A DNA stretch of 64,000 nucleotides from Haplodiscus bocki (Eukaryota). The notes beneath the pieces were generated by a model. It saw only the letters and a program-made list of their open reading frames with translations. It had not been told where the DNA came from and searched no databases. The stretch is taken from the NCBI GenBank assembly GCA_965655095.1, contig OZ296654.1, positions 38,812,001 through 38,876,000 of the forward strand. The letters run 5' to 3'. This document shows, in pieces, positions 11,959-25,634 of this stretch; positions within the stretch are counted from its first letter, which is position 1, and each line of letters opens with the position of its first letter. Position numbers and translations under genes: made by a program.

Positions 11959-13235
11959 TAAAATATTAAAAACATTGACTATCACAAACTTGTTTTCGTT
12001 TTTGACAATTTGGAAGCAAGGTGACCATTCGTATCATCGAGACCGCCATTGTGACCGATTCTTAAAAGTGAATCACTTCGATATGATTTCGTCATCTTGC
12101 GAAAAAAAGTCACTACAAAAATCGGCCTCTTCATTAAAAGAAAGCGCCGCTAAGAAGGCTTCTGAAAAATTAAAATTATATCACTGCTCAGATGGTGTAC
12201 TATTTCCGATACTTATTTTCAGCAATTTACTGTAAAGTAGTACTGCATCAAAAGCGTATATAGTTGTAGTAGCTACTGACTCAAAGCATTTCAAACTTAA
12301 ATCTATAGATATCATTGTGATTTAAGGGATGGCTTCAACTGGTCAACGCATTAAATGTAAAACCCCCGAAGTCACAGAACTCTGGCATAATTCTGGCCTG
12401 TGATGTCATTCCAAATATTTGAATTATTGCGTAATTTGTCAAAGTTTGGCGTATGGCGCAATTGCGGCTTCAATGCAAGGCGTCATTTCAGTTTTAGGGT
12501 TAGCAGTCGAGGTGTACGTACCAACAAGTTGTTCTTTTTTGCCCGTTAGTGTGCCTTTTTCCTGTTGTTGACGTCATAAAAAGCTGCTAATGCAATGCTT
12601 TGTTTACTATTTTTTGTTCCAATAAATTTCAAAAATCATCATTCGCTAATTTATCAAACTACTGTACTTGTAAATATCATTAATTCATTCAGCTTTACCG
12701 AAATATGGTTGGTATTTTATTGCTGAGATGAGTGTCGGTCAACCAACTGATTATTTTCATTATTCTTGCAAAGTTTTGAGCCAATTAAAATTATAAACAC
12801 AAATATATTGATGGAATAAACTATAAACACTGTTGAACAACCGTTTGACTGAAATAGAAAATTTCCCAATCTGCTTTAATCATGATTACAAATTTGAAAG
12901 GTCTTGGACTCTTCTTGTCATTAAAAATCGCGTAATCGGCGTTCATCCCTCATGGGTGTTTCGGGAATGAAAGATCGTTATCAGCGAAACAAAGCTACTT
13001 ATATATATGTATGGAAAAGTCTATTTATATATGTCGAATTAGGTTGATACAAAAACTTCAATAAAAATCTGATTTAGCAATCAGTGTTCAGTTATGTGCG
13101 GCAAAGTTCAGAGACCGGGCGAAATTCAGTTCCAGCTTCTTATAATCGCGCTTAAGTGTCAAAATACACTCTATGGTTCCGACGTTCTCGAGCATTTTCT
13201 TGGCTAGGGGTGGGCCTCGCATGCGTACTTTTGAG

Positions 13236-14888
13236 AAGATTTTGAAAATTGGTTATGCTGACACTTTTTCACGAAGTTGATTTGCTTCAGCTGAGGAATG
13301 CAGACGATATGAAAGTTAATTAGCTTAGGAATGCTTGCCTTGGTGTATACATAAAGACTTCAAAGAAGAAAGGTAGTCCATATTTGAGTAGACTAAAGTC
13401 AGTAGATGCCCGGATGGACGCTTCTTCTCCAGCGATGTCGCTAAGTAAACAAACTTGAAATACCAGTAGTCTAGCCTAGGCTACATGTAACTTTTGTTTA
13501 CAAGCCAAGATTCACCCGCGAAATAACTGTTTCGGTCCAGGGATCCACCCGAGAAAAGATTGACATAATCTTAGGATTGGGCTGCGAAAAACCATGCGAA
13601 TCCCTATACTACTCCCTAAGCCTTCGGCGAATGCTCAATGTCGTTTGTTTTGTTTGTTTGTTAAATTCTCTGCGGAGGATGATGAGTTAAAATTCAAGTT
13701 GAGGGAGGAACTCTCGAGATACGTTTATATTGGTAATAAAAGAAACATGGTCTAAAATCCGTCTGCTGACATTACCACAAAATGCAGCTGAATGCAGCGC
13801 GTGATCAGAAATTGGTGAACGTTTACGGTCAGCAGTTTCAGGACTTCAATGAACCAGACTGGGGCAATCTTCGACTAGTGAATCAGCTTTGACTCAGAGA
13901 ATATCGGAAATGAATTACTGATTGATACATCACCGCCTTGTTGTCTTGAGAAATTAGCTTTATTTTATCAAGTGTTTTTTCTTTTGTCTGAGGCACTCGA
14001 TTTATCTTGAAAGCAGACGATTGTTTGGGGAATTCAGCTCTGAATTGACGCAGCCTCAGCAGAGGTTTTTTAACTCTAGATATTGATTAGACAACAAAAA
14101 CATAGTGGAGGAATTTCTGCGGTGTGCTTGACGTTTGAAATTAGGCGGAATATTAGGGAGTAAGTGTTTGCGGTTGTGAGAGCTGGCATGAGAGAAGCAA
14201 AAGAATAATAGCTGGAGTAGTATTTTACTGTTGAAAGAATGTATATTTACTATAGATGAAATTTATTTACTAGGGATGGCAGCACAAAGAAAGTAGACTT
14301 TTGTTCGTCCATCTGAGCATTTCGCACACACGCGGTTTATACCCACTCAAGATGCACAATGATTTTGGTAATGCATAAAAATAGGTTTTTCACGGTAGTC
14401 GAAATGAATAAATGAATTACATATGAACGGGGAACTTGAAAAAAGGAGTTTTACGACGCTTGCAAAAAGCAAAGGTCTGGGAATCAGGATGAGCCAACGC
14501 TTCTTTTCTGACCTTACACAATGCAAATATCTGTGCTGTTTCGGCAGCGTTGGTACGAAGTTTGTTCTTGCCGCGCTTTGAATTGATCTCGCTGTTGCAG
14601 CACGCACTTAACTTTTTTTCCATTCAATTCAAATCAGTTCCAGAGAAATTCCAAACTTAATCGGTGGCATCAAATTTAATTGCGGAAAATTTTAATATGT
14701 AATTGGGAATTGAATGTTCATTGTACTTGCAATGTTGATTGAATCTCTGCCCCAGTGACTAGTGGTGTTTTTGGGTCCACCTAAAATTGATTAATTTGTT
14801 CATAATCCGGAGGGTCGGCGGAGTTGTTTGGATTTTCTATTTGATGATCTTTTTGCAAAAACCTTCACCTTTTTTCAAGAATTCGAAG
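13236..14888 (+). repeat. 1.65-kb duplicated segment, copy A
   Basis: Direct repeat of 50173-51832, starting aagattttgaaaatt; ORFs 14347-14607 and 51282-51542 are near identical. Confidence 0.95.
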
Positions 14889-15440
14889 GATTGAGAACTG
14901 GGGAATGGTTGAAGTAGTACCGAACTACCCTTTCTTCTTGGTCACCTTCATAGACAGTCACATTTTCGCGGCAGAGATTGTGCTGGTTCGCAAGATGGCG
15001 CAGAGAGTGGTCTGTTTTCTTTGCTTCTCTATCAGCGAATATCTTCACTTCATCAACATGAAGAGGATTTTCCAAGGTCAGAAAGCAAAATAAGCAACAG
15101 CTAGTGGTTTCTCTCATACGTGCTGCACATTTTTGTTTTGCATTTCGATTCCAAATGTGGGAGTTCAGTTTTAGGGGTACTGGAGCCTAAAAGTTCCGGG
15201 AGTTTTTGGGCAAAATTTTCAGTACGCGAGCCGTTCTTTTCCTGAAGCTTGCTCGACCCAAGGAAGCACTCAAAGATTCAGAAACATCTCATCGATATCT
15301 TCAAGACAGTTTTGCTTGGGAGGGAAGTTTTGAATACTTGTGTCTCTACTAGTTGTGTTGCCGCTTAATTCATTCAACATTTCCTGCTGAAAATTTGCAT
15401 CTTGGTCAGCGAAGTCGGTGGAATTCTTTTTGTTTGCCAT
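14875..15440 (-). pseudogene. ORF remnant with BED-type zinc-finger-like motif (only complete copy in the window)
   Basis: MANKKNSTDF...(stop, frameshifts)...CCLFC-x21-TDHSLRHLANQH: CxxC...TxxxxRHLxxxH. In all later array units it is cut after RHL. Confidence 0.45.
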
Positions 15441-16430
15441 GGTTGATTTATTGAGATAAGGTTATACAAAGTTTCTGAGAAACTTCAGAAACTTTTCACG
15501 GTTAGAAGGAGTTCTTTGCAGTTAAATGAGATGAGTGGTAGAAAGCGCTTTCTTCTGAATGGAAGTTGAATTGTTTTTCGTTGGAAATGGTAGATTGACC
15601 GGAGAAGTGAATATTCTGGAGAAATGGGGGTTAGCGATTGTAAATTTGAGTGGACACGAGAGCTTCACGATATCAACTGAGGATTGTGATACACAGGAAA
15701 ACTTAGTAGGTCGATACGATTATCCAGAGACCTTCGTAGGTAGGGAGATTGCGAAATGAGGAAGATGGATGTAGATGAGAGAGGGAGAGTAGAAAGATAC
15801 AAAAGAAAAAAATGGTGAAAATAGAGGAGGTAGAAAAAAACAGATAGGCAGATAGAGACTGAGATTTGATTCCTTTTTAAAAAAATATTTTGATTTTTTG
15901 CAGTTTTCAAGATCTCGGTTTTTCGAGATTTTCACAATTTTTGACAAACTCAGATTTTAAAGAGTTTTCCAAAAAGGTTCTCTGAGTTAAGATTAAGTCT
16001 TACTGGTACAACCCAGGATGCGCAAATCCTGAGTCTCAAAACTCTTGAAAAGCGCAGTTTTTCATAGAATCTCAGCGTTTAATTCAGCTGGGAGTGAAAA
16101 CAAGTTTCCCCGGATATGAAGACAGTAATCAAAGCTTACTCTTATGTGGTACAACTTCAGCTGTCCTGGGCCTAGCCTCCACGGAGATGAAGTTGGTCTG
16201 ACAGTGTGATGACTGAGAGACACCTTCTGGGCATCGAAATCATTAACTTCCGATCGGGCCTTTTTCTGAAAATAGAAAAAGGGCTGGATTGATATTAATT
16301 TTTTTTTCAATCGTTTTTGCCTTGATCGCACGGCATACCGTGGTAAATGTTGAAAGCAAGGTTTCGCGGGCCAATGCTATTTTACCCTTGAAGTTTTCAT
16401 AGAAACAATTTCGGTGGGTGGAGAAGATTC

Positions 16431-17036
16431 TCAGAAAATTAATTGATCCGTTTCACATAGCTTTCTTTTTCGCTTTTTAATGGGACCGTTAAAACCAGTT
16501 TTAACATAACGTAATGCTGCTAGCAATGGTTTCAGGAAACCCTCCTTTGTCACATGCATTTTGTCACCTTTAAAGTTATGTTTTTTCTCCTCACTTCTTG
16601 TGGCTCGGGTGGAAGATACACCTGTCTCAGCAAAAGTTTGCGGCAAACCTTTCTCTGGTTCTCCGAATTTGGGACGACGTCCAATCATTGTCACAAGACG
16701 GACTTGTTTTGCCGCCCATTCATATCAAGGTTTTTCAGAAAATCAGCAGTTTCTTGAGAGCTCATATTGAGCGAACTCTCTCATCTACGGTCCTCGTCTT
16801 TTAGAGAGTTTAATACAACGGCACATCAAATGATGATCGTTTGAGGCTTTCGACTATCCAATTGTGAGTCAAAAACAGTTTTCAATGTTTTCCACTGGAC
16901 AAAGTGGCGAATTTTCAATCGCGAACAAAAATACCACTCAACAGCATCGTCCATAGAATCAGCAACCTCATGAACAATCTTTCCATTAGAGGCAGCTACG
17001 ATGAAAATCGTCTCCCTGTGAACAGAACTCCACAAT
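16431..17036 (-). pseudogene. SGNH/GDSL esterase-like domain remnant (also at ~29538-30130, 35285-35875, 41047-41637, 44342-44932, 47642-48234; only the C-terminal part in short units)
   Basis: IFIVAASN (block I-like), WYFCSRLKI (block II-like), TIII*CAVVLNSL (block III-like), FKGDKMHVTKEGF (block V, DxxH..G) in the expected order and spacing. Confidence 0.5.
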
Positions 17037-17040
17037 ATAG

Positions 17041-17472
17041 ATGTGCATGTACGTACACATACATACACATAAACCTATACATATACATTTGCACATACAC
17101 ATATATACATACATAATTAATTCCATATACACTTATATGTCTACACAAATATACACTTATACGCATATACAAATACCTATATGCACATATATAAATATAC
17201 ACATACATATACATATACACATACTTATACGTATACTTATACATATACATAAACATATACATCTACGTATACGTAAACATATACATAAACATCTACATAT
17301 ACGTAAACATATACATAAACATATGCATATACATATACGTATACATATACATATACATACAGGCATACATATATATACTTACATATACCTATACATATAC
17401 ATATACAAATACACATATGCGAAAATACAGATGTACAAATTTACCTATATCTATATATAAATATAAATATAC
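17041..17472. repeat. Degenerate (TACATA/CATA/TA)n microsatellite
   Basis: Direct inspection. Confidence 0.95.
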
Positions 17473-17917
17473 TGGGATACTGTGCGGTTCCAGGAACACC
17501 ACGAGGGTGACTTTTTATAGACATTTACCTGCCATTTGTTTTTTCTATTCCGACCGTTTCGTTTGAGTTAAAAAAACAGCACATATCCAGAAACTACCTG
17601 TCTAGCGCCATCATCCTTCAAGAGAGGACATAATTTTTCATTTTTCTTCTAATATCTGAAAATTTGAGTTTGTTCTCAGTAATACTTTGGGTCACTTCTC
17701 TTTGAGGGTAATTCTGATGTTACCAAGCGTGTGTTTTAGCTTTAACGACTTTGTTAGATAATTATTTTATCTTGTAGTTTTTTCAGAATGTAGTCTTTTC
17801 AGAATTCTCTCTATCTGGGACTTTTGAACAAGAGGAACAAGGGAAGATCAATTGGAAAACTAATGACAATCTCTATGTAGAGAAGCAGTATTTGCATAAA
17901 GATCGCATTCTTTCACA

Positions 17918-18277
17918 TCAAAAGAAGTTTTGAGAGTTCAGTTTCTTGAGTGCCATAACGCTTGTTCTGATCAGGTTTACATGACGCTTTTGATGCTCAC
18001 CAGTGATGGTTACCAAAAAGTCTTTAATGCCTGCAATGATGCGCATATTCTTCAAAATGGTTGGAGTAGTCGAATGACCGGCTCCAGCAGGGGCCAGTTT
18101 TAGAGTTACTTTGATCTGACGATGCTTCGCTTGAACAGTGAAAGGAACTGTGTCCACATTTGAAGGATCCCAATTTCCTCTGATGATTCTGAACTTTGTG
18201 CAAAATGCTTTGCTAGTTGCGCCGGAGGCTGCCCTGGATCTTGATTTTTTTTATTTTCTCGCGGTATCCTAATAAGA
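17918..18277 (-). pseudogene. uS5/RPS2-like fragment (C-terminal domain)
   Basis: RGNWD..TVPFTV..APAGAG..AGIKD; 5'-truncated at the unit junction. Confidence 0.8.
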
Positions 18278-20370
18278 TGGCGCAGGAAGTGGTGTGTTTT
18301 CTTTGCTTCTCTATCAGCGAATTTCTTCATCTCACTAACATGAAAAGGATTTTCCAATGTCGAAAAGCAAAATATGCAATAGCTAGTAGCTTCTCTGACA
18401 TGTGCTGCACATTTTTTGTCTTGCATTTCGATTCCAAAGGTGGGAGTTCAGCTTTAGGGGTACTGGAGCCTAAATGTTTCGGGAGGTTTTTGGGCAAAAA
18501 TTTCAGTACGCGGGCTGTTTTTTCCTGAAGGTTGCTCGACCCAAGGAAGCACTCAAAGATTCAGAAACATCTCATCCATATCTTCAAGACAGTTTTGCTT
18601 GGGAGGGGAGTTTTAAATACTTGTGTCTCTACTAGTTGTGCTGCCGCTTAATTCATTCAGCATTTCCTGCTGAAGTTTAGCATCTTGGTCAGCGAAGTCG
18701 GTGGAATTCTTTTTGTTTGCCATGGCTGATTTATTGAGATAAGTTTTTACAAAGTTTCTGAGAAACTTCAGAAACTTTTCACGTTTAGAAGGAGTTCTTT
18801 GCAGTTAAATGAGATGAGTGGTAGAAAGCGCTTTGTTCTGAATGGAAGTTGAATTGTTTTTCGTTGGAAATGGTAGATTGACCGGAGAAGTGAATATTCT
18901 GGAGAAATGGGGGTTAGCGATTGTAAATTTGAGTGGACACGAGAGCTTCACGATATCAACTAAGGATTGTGATACACAGGAAAACTTAGTAGGTCGATAC
19001 GATTATCCAGAGACCTTCGTAGGTAGGGAGATTGCGAAAGGAGGAATATGGATGTAGATGAGAGAGAGAGAGAGTAGAAAGATGCAATAGAAAAAAATGG
19101 CGACAATAGACGAGGTAGAAAAGAAAGAGATAGGCAGATAGAGACTGAGATTTGATTCCTTTTTAAAGAAATTATTTTGACTTTTTGCAGTTTTCAAGAT
19201 CTCGGTTTTTCGAGATTTTCACAATTTTTGACAAACTCAGATTTTAAAGAGTTTTCCAAAAAGGTTCTCTGAGTTAAGCTTAAGTCTTACTGGTACAACC
19301 CAGGATGCGCAAATCCTGAGTCTCAAAACTCTTGAAAAGCGCAGTTTTTCATAGAATCCCAGCGTTTAATTCAGCTGGGAGTGAAAACAAGTTTCCCCGG
19401 ATATGAAGACAGTAATCAAAGCTTACTCTTATGTGGTACAACTTCAGCTGTCCTGGGCCTAGTCTCCACGGAGATGAAGTTGGTCTGACAGTGTGATGAC
19501 TGAGTTAGAGACACCTTCTGGGCATCGAAATCATTAACTTCCGATCGGGCCTTTTTCTGAAAATAGAAAAAGGGCTGGATTGATATTAACTTTTTTTTCA
19601 ATCGTTTTTGCCTTGATCGCACGGCATACCATGATAAGTGTTGAAAGCAAGGTTTCGCGGGCCAATGCTATTTTACCCTTGAAGTTTTCATAGAAACAAT
19701 TTCTGTGGGTAGAGAAGATTCTTGGAAAATTAATTAATCCGTTTCACATAGCTTTCTTTTTCGCTTTTTAATGGGACCGTTAAAACCAGTTTCAACATAA
19801 CGTTTTGTTGCCAGCAATGGTTTCAGGAAACCCTCCTTTGTCACATGCATTTTGTCATCTTTAAAGCTATGTTTTGTCTCCTCACTTCCTGCGGCTCGGA
19901 AGTAAGCTACACCTGTCTCAGCAAAAGTTCCGAGCAAACCTTCAAGGGTGACTTTTTATAGACAGTCATTTGCCATTTTTTTGATAAGATAACGACTATT
20001 CCGACCGTTTCGTTTGAGTTAAAAAAACAGCACATATCCAGAAACTACCTGTCTAGCGCCATCATCCTTCAAGAGATGACATAATTTTTCAGTTTTCTTC
20101 TAATATCTGGAAATTTGAGTTTGTTCTCAGTAATACTTTGGGTCACTTCTCTTTGAGGGTAATTCTGATGTTACCAAGCGTGTGTTTTAGCTTTAACGAC
20201 TTTGTTAGATAATTATATTTTCTGGTTATTTTTTCAGAATGTAGTCTTTTCAGAATTCTCTCTATCTGGGACTTTTGAACAAAAGAGGAACAAGGGAAGA
20301 TCAATTGGAAAACTAATGACAAGCTCTATGTAGAGAAGCAGTATTTGCATAAAGATCGCATTCTTTCACA

Positions 20371-20730
20371 TCAAAAGAAGTTTTGAGAGTTCAGTTTCTT
20401 GAGTGCTATAACGCTTGTTCTGATCAGGTTTCAATGACGCTTTTGATGCTCACCAGTGATGGTTACCAAACAGTCTTTATTGCCTGCAATGATGAGCATC
20501 TTCTTCAAAATGGTTGGAGTAGTCGAAAGACCGGCGCCAGCAGGGGCCAGTTTTAGAGTTACTTTGATCTGACGATGCTTCGCTTGAACAGTGAAAGGAA
20601 CTGTGTCCACATTTGAAGGATCCCAATTTCCTCTGATGAGTCTGAACCTTGTGCAAAATGCTTTGCTAGTTGCGCCGGAGGCTGCCCTGGATCTCGATTT
20701 TTTTAATCTTCTCGCCGTATCCTAGTAAGA
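20371..20730 (-). pseudogene. uS5/RPS2-like fragment
   Basis: Same motifs; private in-frame TGA at ~20431. Confidence 0.8.
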
Positions 20731-22822
20731 TGGCGCAGGAAGTGGTCTGTTTTCTTTGCTTCTCTATCAGCGAATTTCTTCACCTCACTAACATGAAAAG
20801 GTTTTTCCAATGTCGAAAAGCAAAATATGCAATAGCTAGTAGCTTCTCTGACACGTGCTGCACATTTTTGTCTTGCATTTCGATTCCAAAGGTGGGAGTT
20901 CAGCTTTAGGTGGAGCCTAAATGTTTCGGGAGGTTTTCGGGCAAAAATTTCAGTACGCGGGCTGTTTTTTTCCTGAAGGTTGCTCGACCCAAGGAAGCAC
21001 TCAAAGATTCAGAAACATCTCATCCATATCTTCAAGACAGTTTTGCTTGGGAGGGGAGTTTTAAATACTTGTGTCTCTACTAGTTGTGCTGCCGCTTAAT
21101 TCATTCAGCATTTCCTGCTGAAGTTTAGCATCTTGGTCAGCGAAGTCGGTGGAATTCTTTTTGTTTGCCATGGCTGATTTATTGAGATAAGTTTTTACAA
21201 AGTTTCTGAGAAACTTCAGAAACTTTTCACGTTTAGAAGGAGTTCTTTGCAGTTAAATGAGATGAGTGGTAGAAAGCGCTTTGTTCTGAATGGAAGTTGA
21301 ATTGTTTTTCGTTGGAAATGGTAGATTGACCGGAGAAGTGAATATTCTGGAGAAATGGGGGTTAGCGATTGTAAATTTGAGTGGACACGAGAGCTTCACG
21401 ATATCAACTAAGGATTGTGATACACAGGAAAACTTAGTAGGTCGATACGATTATCCAGAGACCTTCGTAGGTAGGGAGATTGCGAAAGGAGGAATATGGA
21501 TGTAGATGAGAGAGAGAGAGAGAGAGTAGAAAGATGCAATAGAAAAAAATGGCGACAATAGACGAGGTAGAAAAGAAAGAGATAGGCAGATAGAGACTGA
21601 GATTTGATTCCTTTTTAAAGAAATTATTTTGACTTTTTGCAGTTTTCAAGATCTCGGTTTTTCGAGATTTTCACAATTTTTGACAAACTCAGATTTTAAA
21701 GAGTTTTCCAAAAAGGTTCTCTGAGTTAAGCTTAAGTCTTACTGGTACAACCCAGGATGCGCAAATCCTGAGTCTCAAAACTCTTGAAAAGCGCAGTTTT
21801 TCATAGAATCCCAGCGTTTAATTCAGCTGGGAGTGAAAACAAGTTTCCCCGGATATGAAGACAGTAATCAAAGCTTACTCTTATGTGGTACAACTTCAGC
21901 TGTCCTGGGCCTAGTCTCCACGGAGATGAAGTTGGTCTGACAGTGTGATGACTGAGTTAGAGACACCTTCTGGGCATCGAAATCATTAACTTCCGATCGG
22001 GCCTTTTTCTGAAAATAGAAAAAGGGCTGGATTGATATTAACTTTTTTTTCAATCGTTTTTGCCTTGATCGCACGGCATACCATGATAAGTGTTGAAAGC
22101 AAGGTTTCGCGGGCCAATGCTATTTTACCCTTGAAGTTTTCATAGAAACAATTTCTGTGGGTAGAGAAGATTCTTGGAAAATTAATTAATCCGTTTCACA
22201 TAGCTTTCTTTTTCGCTTTTTAATGGGACCGTTAAAACCAGTTTCAACATAACGTTTTGTTGCCAGCAATGGTTTCAGGAAACCCTCCTTTGTCACATGC
22301 ATTTTGTCATCTTTAAAGCTATGTTTTGTCTCCTCACTTCCTGCGGCTCGGAAGTAAGCTACACCTGTCTCAGCAAAAGTTCCGAGCAAACCTTCAAGGG
22401 TGACTTTTTATAGACAGTCATTTGCCATTTTTTTGATAAGATAACGACTATTCCGACCGTTTCGTTTGAGTTAAAAAAACAGCACATATCCAGAAACTAC
22501 CTGTCTAGCGCCATCATCCTTCAAGAGATGACATAATTTTTCAGTTTTCTTCTAATATCTGGAAATTTGAGTTTGTTCTCAGTAATACTTTGGGTCACTT
22601 CTCTTTGAGGGTAATTCTGATGTTACCAAGCGTGTGTTTTAGCTTTAACGACTTTGTTAGATAATTATATTTTCTGGTTATTTTTTCAGAATGTAGTCTT
22701 TTCAGAATTCTCTCTATCTGGGACTTTTGAACAAAAGAGGAACAAGGGAAGATCAATTGGAAAACTAATGACAAGCTCTATGTAGAGAAGCAGTATTTGC
22801 ATAAAGATCGCATTCTTTCACA

Positions 22823-23182
22823 TCAAAAGAAGTTTTGAGAGTTCAGTTTCTTGAGTGCTATAACGCTTGTTCTGATCAGGTTTACATGACGCTTTTGATG
22901 CTCACCAGTGATGGTTACCAAACAGTCTTTATTGCCTGCAATGATGAGCATCTTCTTCAAAATGGTTGGAGTAGTCGAAAGACCGGCGCCAGCAGGGGCC
23001 AGTTTTAGAGTTACTTTGATCTGACGATGCTTCGCTTGAACAGTGAAAGGAACTGTGTCCACATTTGAAGGATCCCAATTTCCTCTGATGAGTCTGAACC
23101 TTGTGCAAAATGCTTTGCTAGTTGCGCCGGAGGCTGCCCTGGATCTCGATTTTTTTAATCTTCTCGCCGTATCCTAGTAAGA
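22823..23182 (-). pseudogene. uS5/RPS2-like fragment
   Basis: ORF 22823-23062 carries the S5 C-domain motifs. Confidence 0.8.
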
Positions 23183-25274
23183 TGGCGCAGGAAGTGGTCT
23201 GTTTTCTTTGCTTCTCTATCAGCGAATTTCTTCACCTCACTAACATGAAAAGGTTTTTCCAATGTCGAAAAGCAAAATATGCAATAGCTAGTAGCTTCTC
23301 TGACACGTGCTGCACATTTTTGTCTTGCATTTCGATTCCAAAGGTGGGAGTTCAGCTTTAGGTGGAGCCTAAATGTTTCGGGAGGTTTTCGGGCAAAAAT
23401 TTCAGTACGCGGGCTGTTTTTTTCCTGAAGGTTGCTCGACCCAAGGAAGCACTCAAAGATTCAGAAACATCTCATCCATATCTTCAAGACAGTTTTGCTT
23501 GGGAGGGGAGTTTTAAATACTTGTGTCTCTACTAGTTGTGCTGCCGCTTAATTCATTCAGCATTTCCTGCTGAAGTTTAGCATCTTGGTCAGCGAAGTCG
23601 GTGGAATTCTTTTTGTTTGCCATGGCTGATTTATTGAGATAAGTTTTTACAAAGTTTCTGAGAAACTTCAGAAACTTTTCACGTTTAGAAGGAGTTCTTT
23701 GCAGTTAAATGAGATGAGTGGTAGAAAGCGCTTTGTTCTGAATGGAAGTTGAATTGTTTTTCGTTGGAAATGGTAGATTGACCGGAGAAGTGAATATTCT
23801 GGAGAAATGGGGGTTAGCGATTGTAAATTTGAGTGGACACGAGAGCTTCACGATATCAACTAAGGATTGTGATACACAGGAAAACTTAGTAGGTCGATAC
23901 GATTATCCAGAGACCTTCGTAGGTAGGGAGATTGCGAAAGGAGGAATATGGATGTAGATGAGAGAGAGAGAGAGAGAGTAGAAAGATGCAATAGAAAAAA
24001 ATGGCGACAATAGACGAGGTAGAAAAGAAAGAGATAGGCAGATAGAGACTGAGATTTGATTCCTTTTTAAAGAAATTATTTTGACTTTTTGCAGTTTTCA
24101 AGATCTCGGTTTTTCGAGATTTTCACAATTTTTGACAAACTCAGATTTTAAAGAGTTTTCCAAAAAGGTTCTCTGAGTTAAGCTTAAGTCTTACTGGTAC
24201 AACCCAGGATGCGCAAATCCTGAGTCTCAAAACTCTTGAAAAGCGCAGTTTTTCATAGAATCCCAGCGTTTAATTCAGCTGGGAGTGAAAACAAGTTTCC
24301 CCGGATATGAAGACAGTAATCAAAGCTTACTCTTATGTGGTACAACTTCAGCTGTCCTGGGCCTAGTCTCCACGGAGATGAAGTTGGTCTGACAGTGTGA
24401 TGACTGAGTTAGAGACACCTTCTGGGCATCGAAATCATTAACTTCCGATCGGGCCTTTTTCTGAAAATAGAAAAAGGGCTGGATTGATATTAACTTTTTT
24501 TTCAATCGTTTTTGCCTTGATCGCACGGCATACCATGATAAGTGTTGAAAGCAAGGTTTCGCGGGCCAATGCTATTTTACCCTTGAAGTTTTCATAGAAA
24601 CAATTTCTGTGGGTAGAGAAGATTCTTGGAAAATTAATTAATCCGTTTCACATAGCTTTCTTTTTCGCTTTTTAATGGGACCGTTAAAACCAGTTTCAAC
24701 ATAACGTTTTGTTGCCAGCAATGGTTTCAGGAAACCCTCCTTTGTCACATGCATTTTGTCATCTTTAAAGCTATGTTTTGTCTCCTCACTTCCTGCGGCT
24801 CGGAAGTAAGCTACACCTGTCTCAGCAAAAGTTCCGAGCAAACCTTCAAGGGTGACTTTTTATAGACAGTCATTTGCCATTTTTTTGATAAGATAACGAC
24901 TATTCCGACCGTTTCGTTTGAGTTAAAAAAACAGCACATATCCAGAAACTACCTGTCTAGCGCCATCATCCTTCAAGAGATGACATAATTTTTCAGTTTT
25001 CTTCTAATATCTGGAAATTTGAGTTTGTTCTCAGTAATACTTTGGGTCACTTCTCTTTGAGGGTAATTCTGATGTTACCAAGCGTGTGTTTTAGCTTTAA
25101 CGACTTTGTTAGATAATTATATTTTCTGGTTATTTTTTCAGAATGTAGTCTTTTCAGAATTCTCTCTATCTGGGACTTTTGAACAAAAGAGGAACAAGGG
25201 AAGATCAATTGGAAAACTAATGACAAGCTCTATGTAGAGAAGCAGTATTTGCATAAAGATCGCATTCTTTCACA

Positions 25275-25634
25275 TCAAAAGAAGTTTTGAGAGTTCAGTT
25301 TCTTGAGTGCTATAACGCTTGTTCTGATCAGGTTTACATGACGCTTTTGATGCTCACCAGTGATGGTTACCAAACAGTCTTTATTGCCTGCAATGATGAG
25401 CATCTTCTTCAAAATGGTTGGAGTAGTCGAAAGACCGGCGCCAGCAGGGGCCAGTTTTAGAGTTACTTTGATCTGACGATGCTTCGCTTGAACAGTGAAA
25501 GGAACTGTGTCCACATTTGAAGGATCCCAATTTCCTCTGATGAGTCTGAACCTTGTGCAAAATGCTTTGCTAGTTGCGCCGGAGGCTGCCCTGGATCTCG
25601 ATTTTTTTAATCTTCTCGCCGTATCCTAGTAAGA
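25275..25634 (-). pseudogene. uS5/RPS2-like fragment
   Basis: ORF 25275-25514. Confidence 0.8.

Noticed and set aside
13471-13482. Palindrome TAGCCTAGGCTA as a Helitron 3' hairpin/CTAG end
   Set aside because: It lies inside segment A, ~235 bp from its boundary, and does not coincide with any breakpoint.
17041-17460. His/Ile/Tyr-rich and Cys/Ile-rich ORFs (HIHIHI, CICICI, MYMYVY) here and in every long unit
   Set aside because: Translations of the (TACATA)n microsatellite, open in several frames on both strands; not metal-binding proteins.
18106-18426. Apparent BED-uS5 fusion ORF across the unit junction (also 54031-54282, 57282-57599)
   Set aside because: After RHL it reads the uS5 segment in the wrong frame (PGQPPAQLAK); in short units it stops almost immediately.
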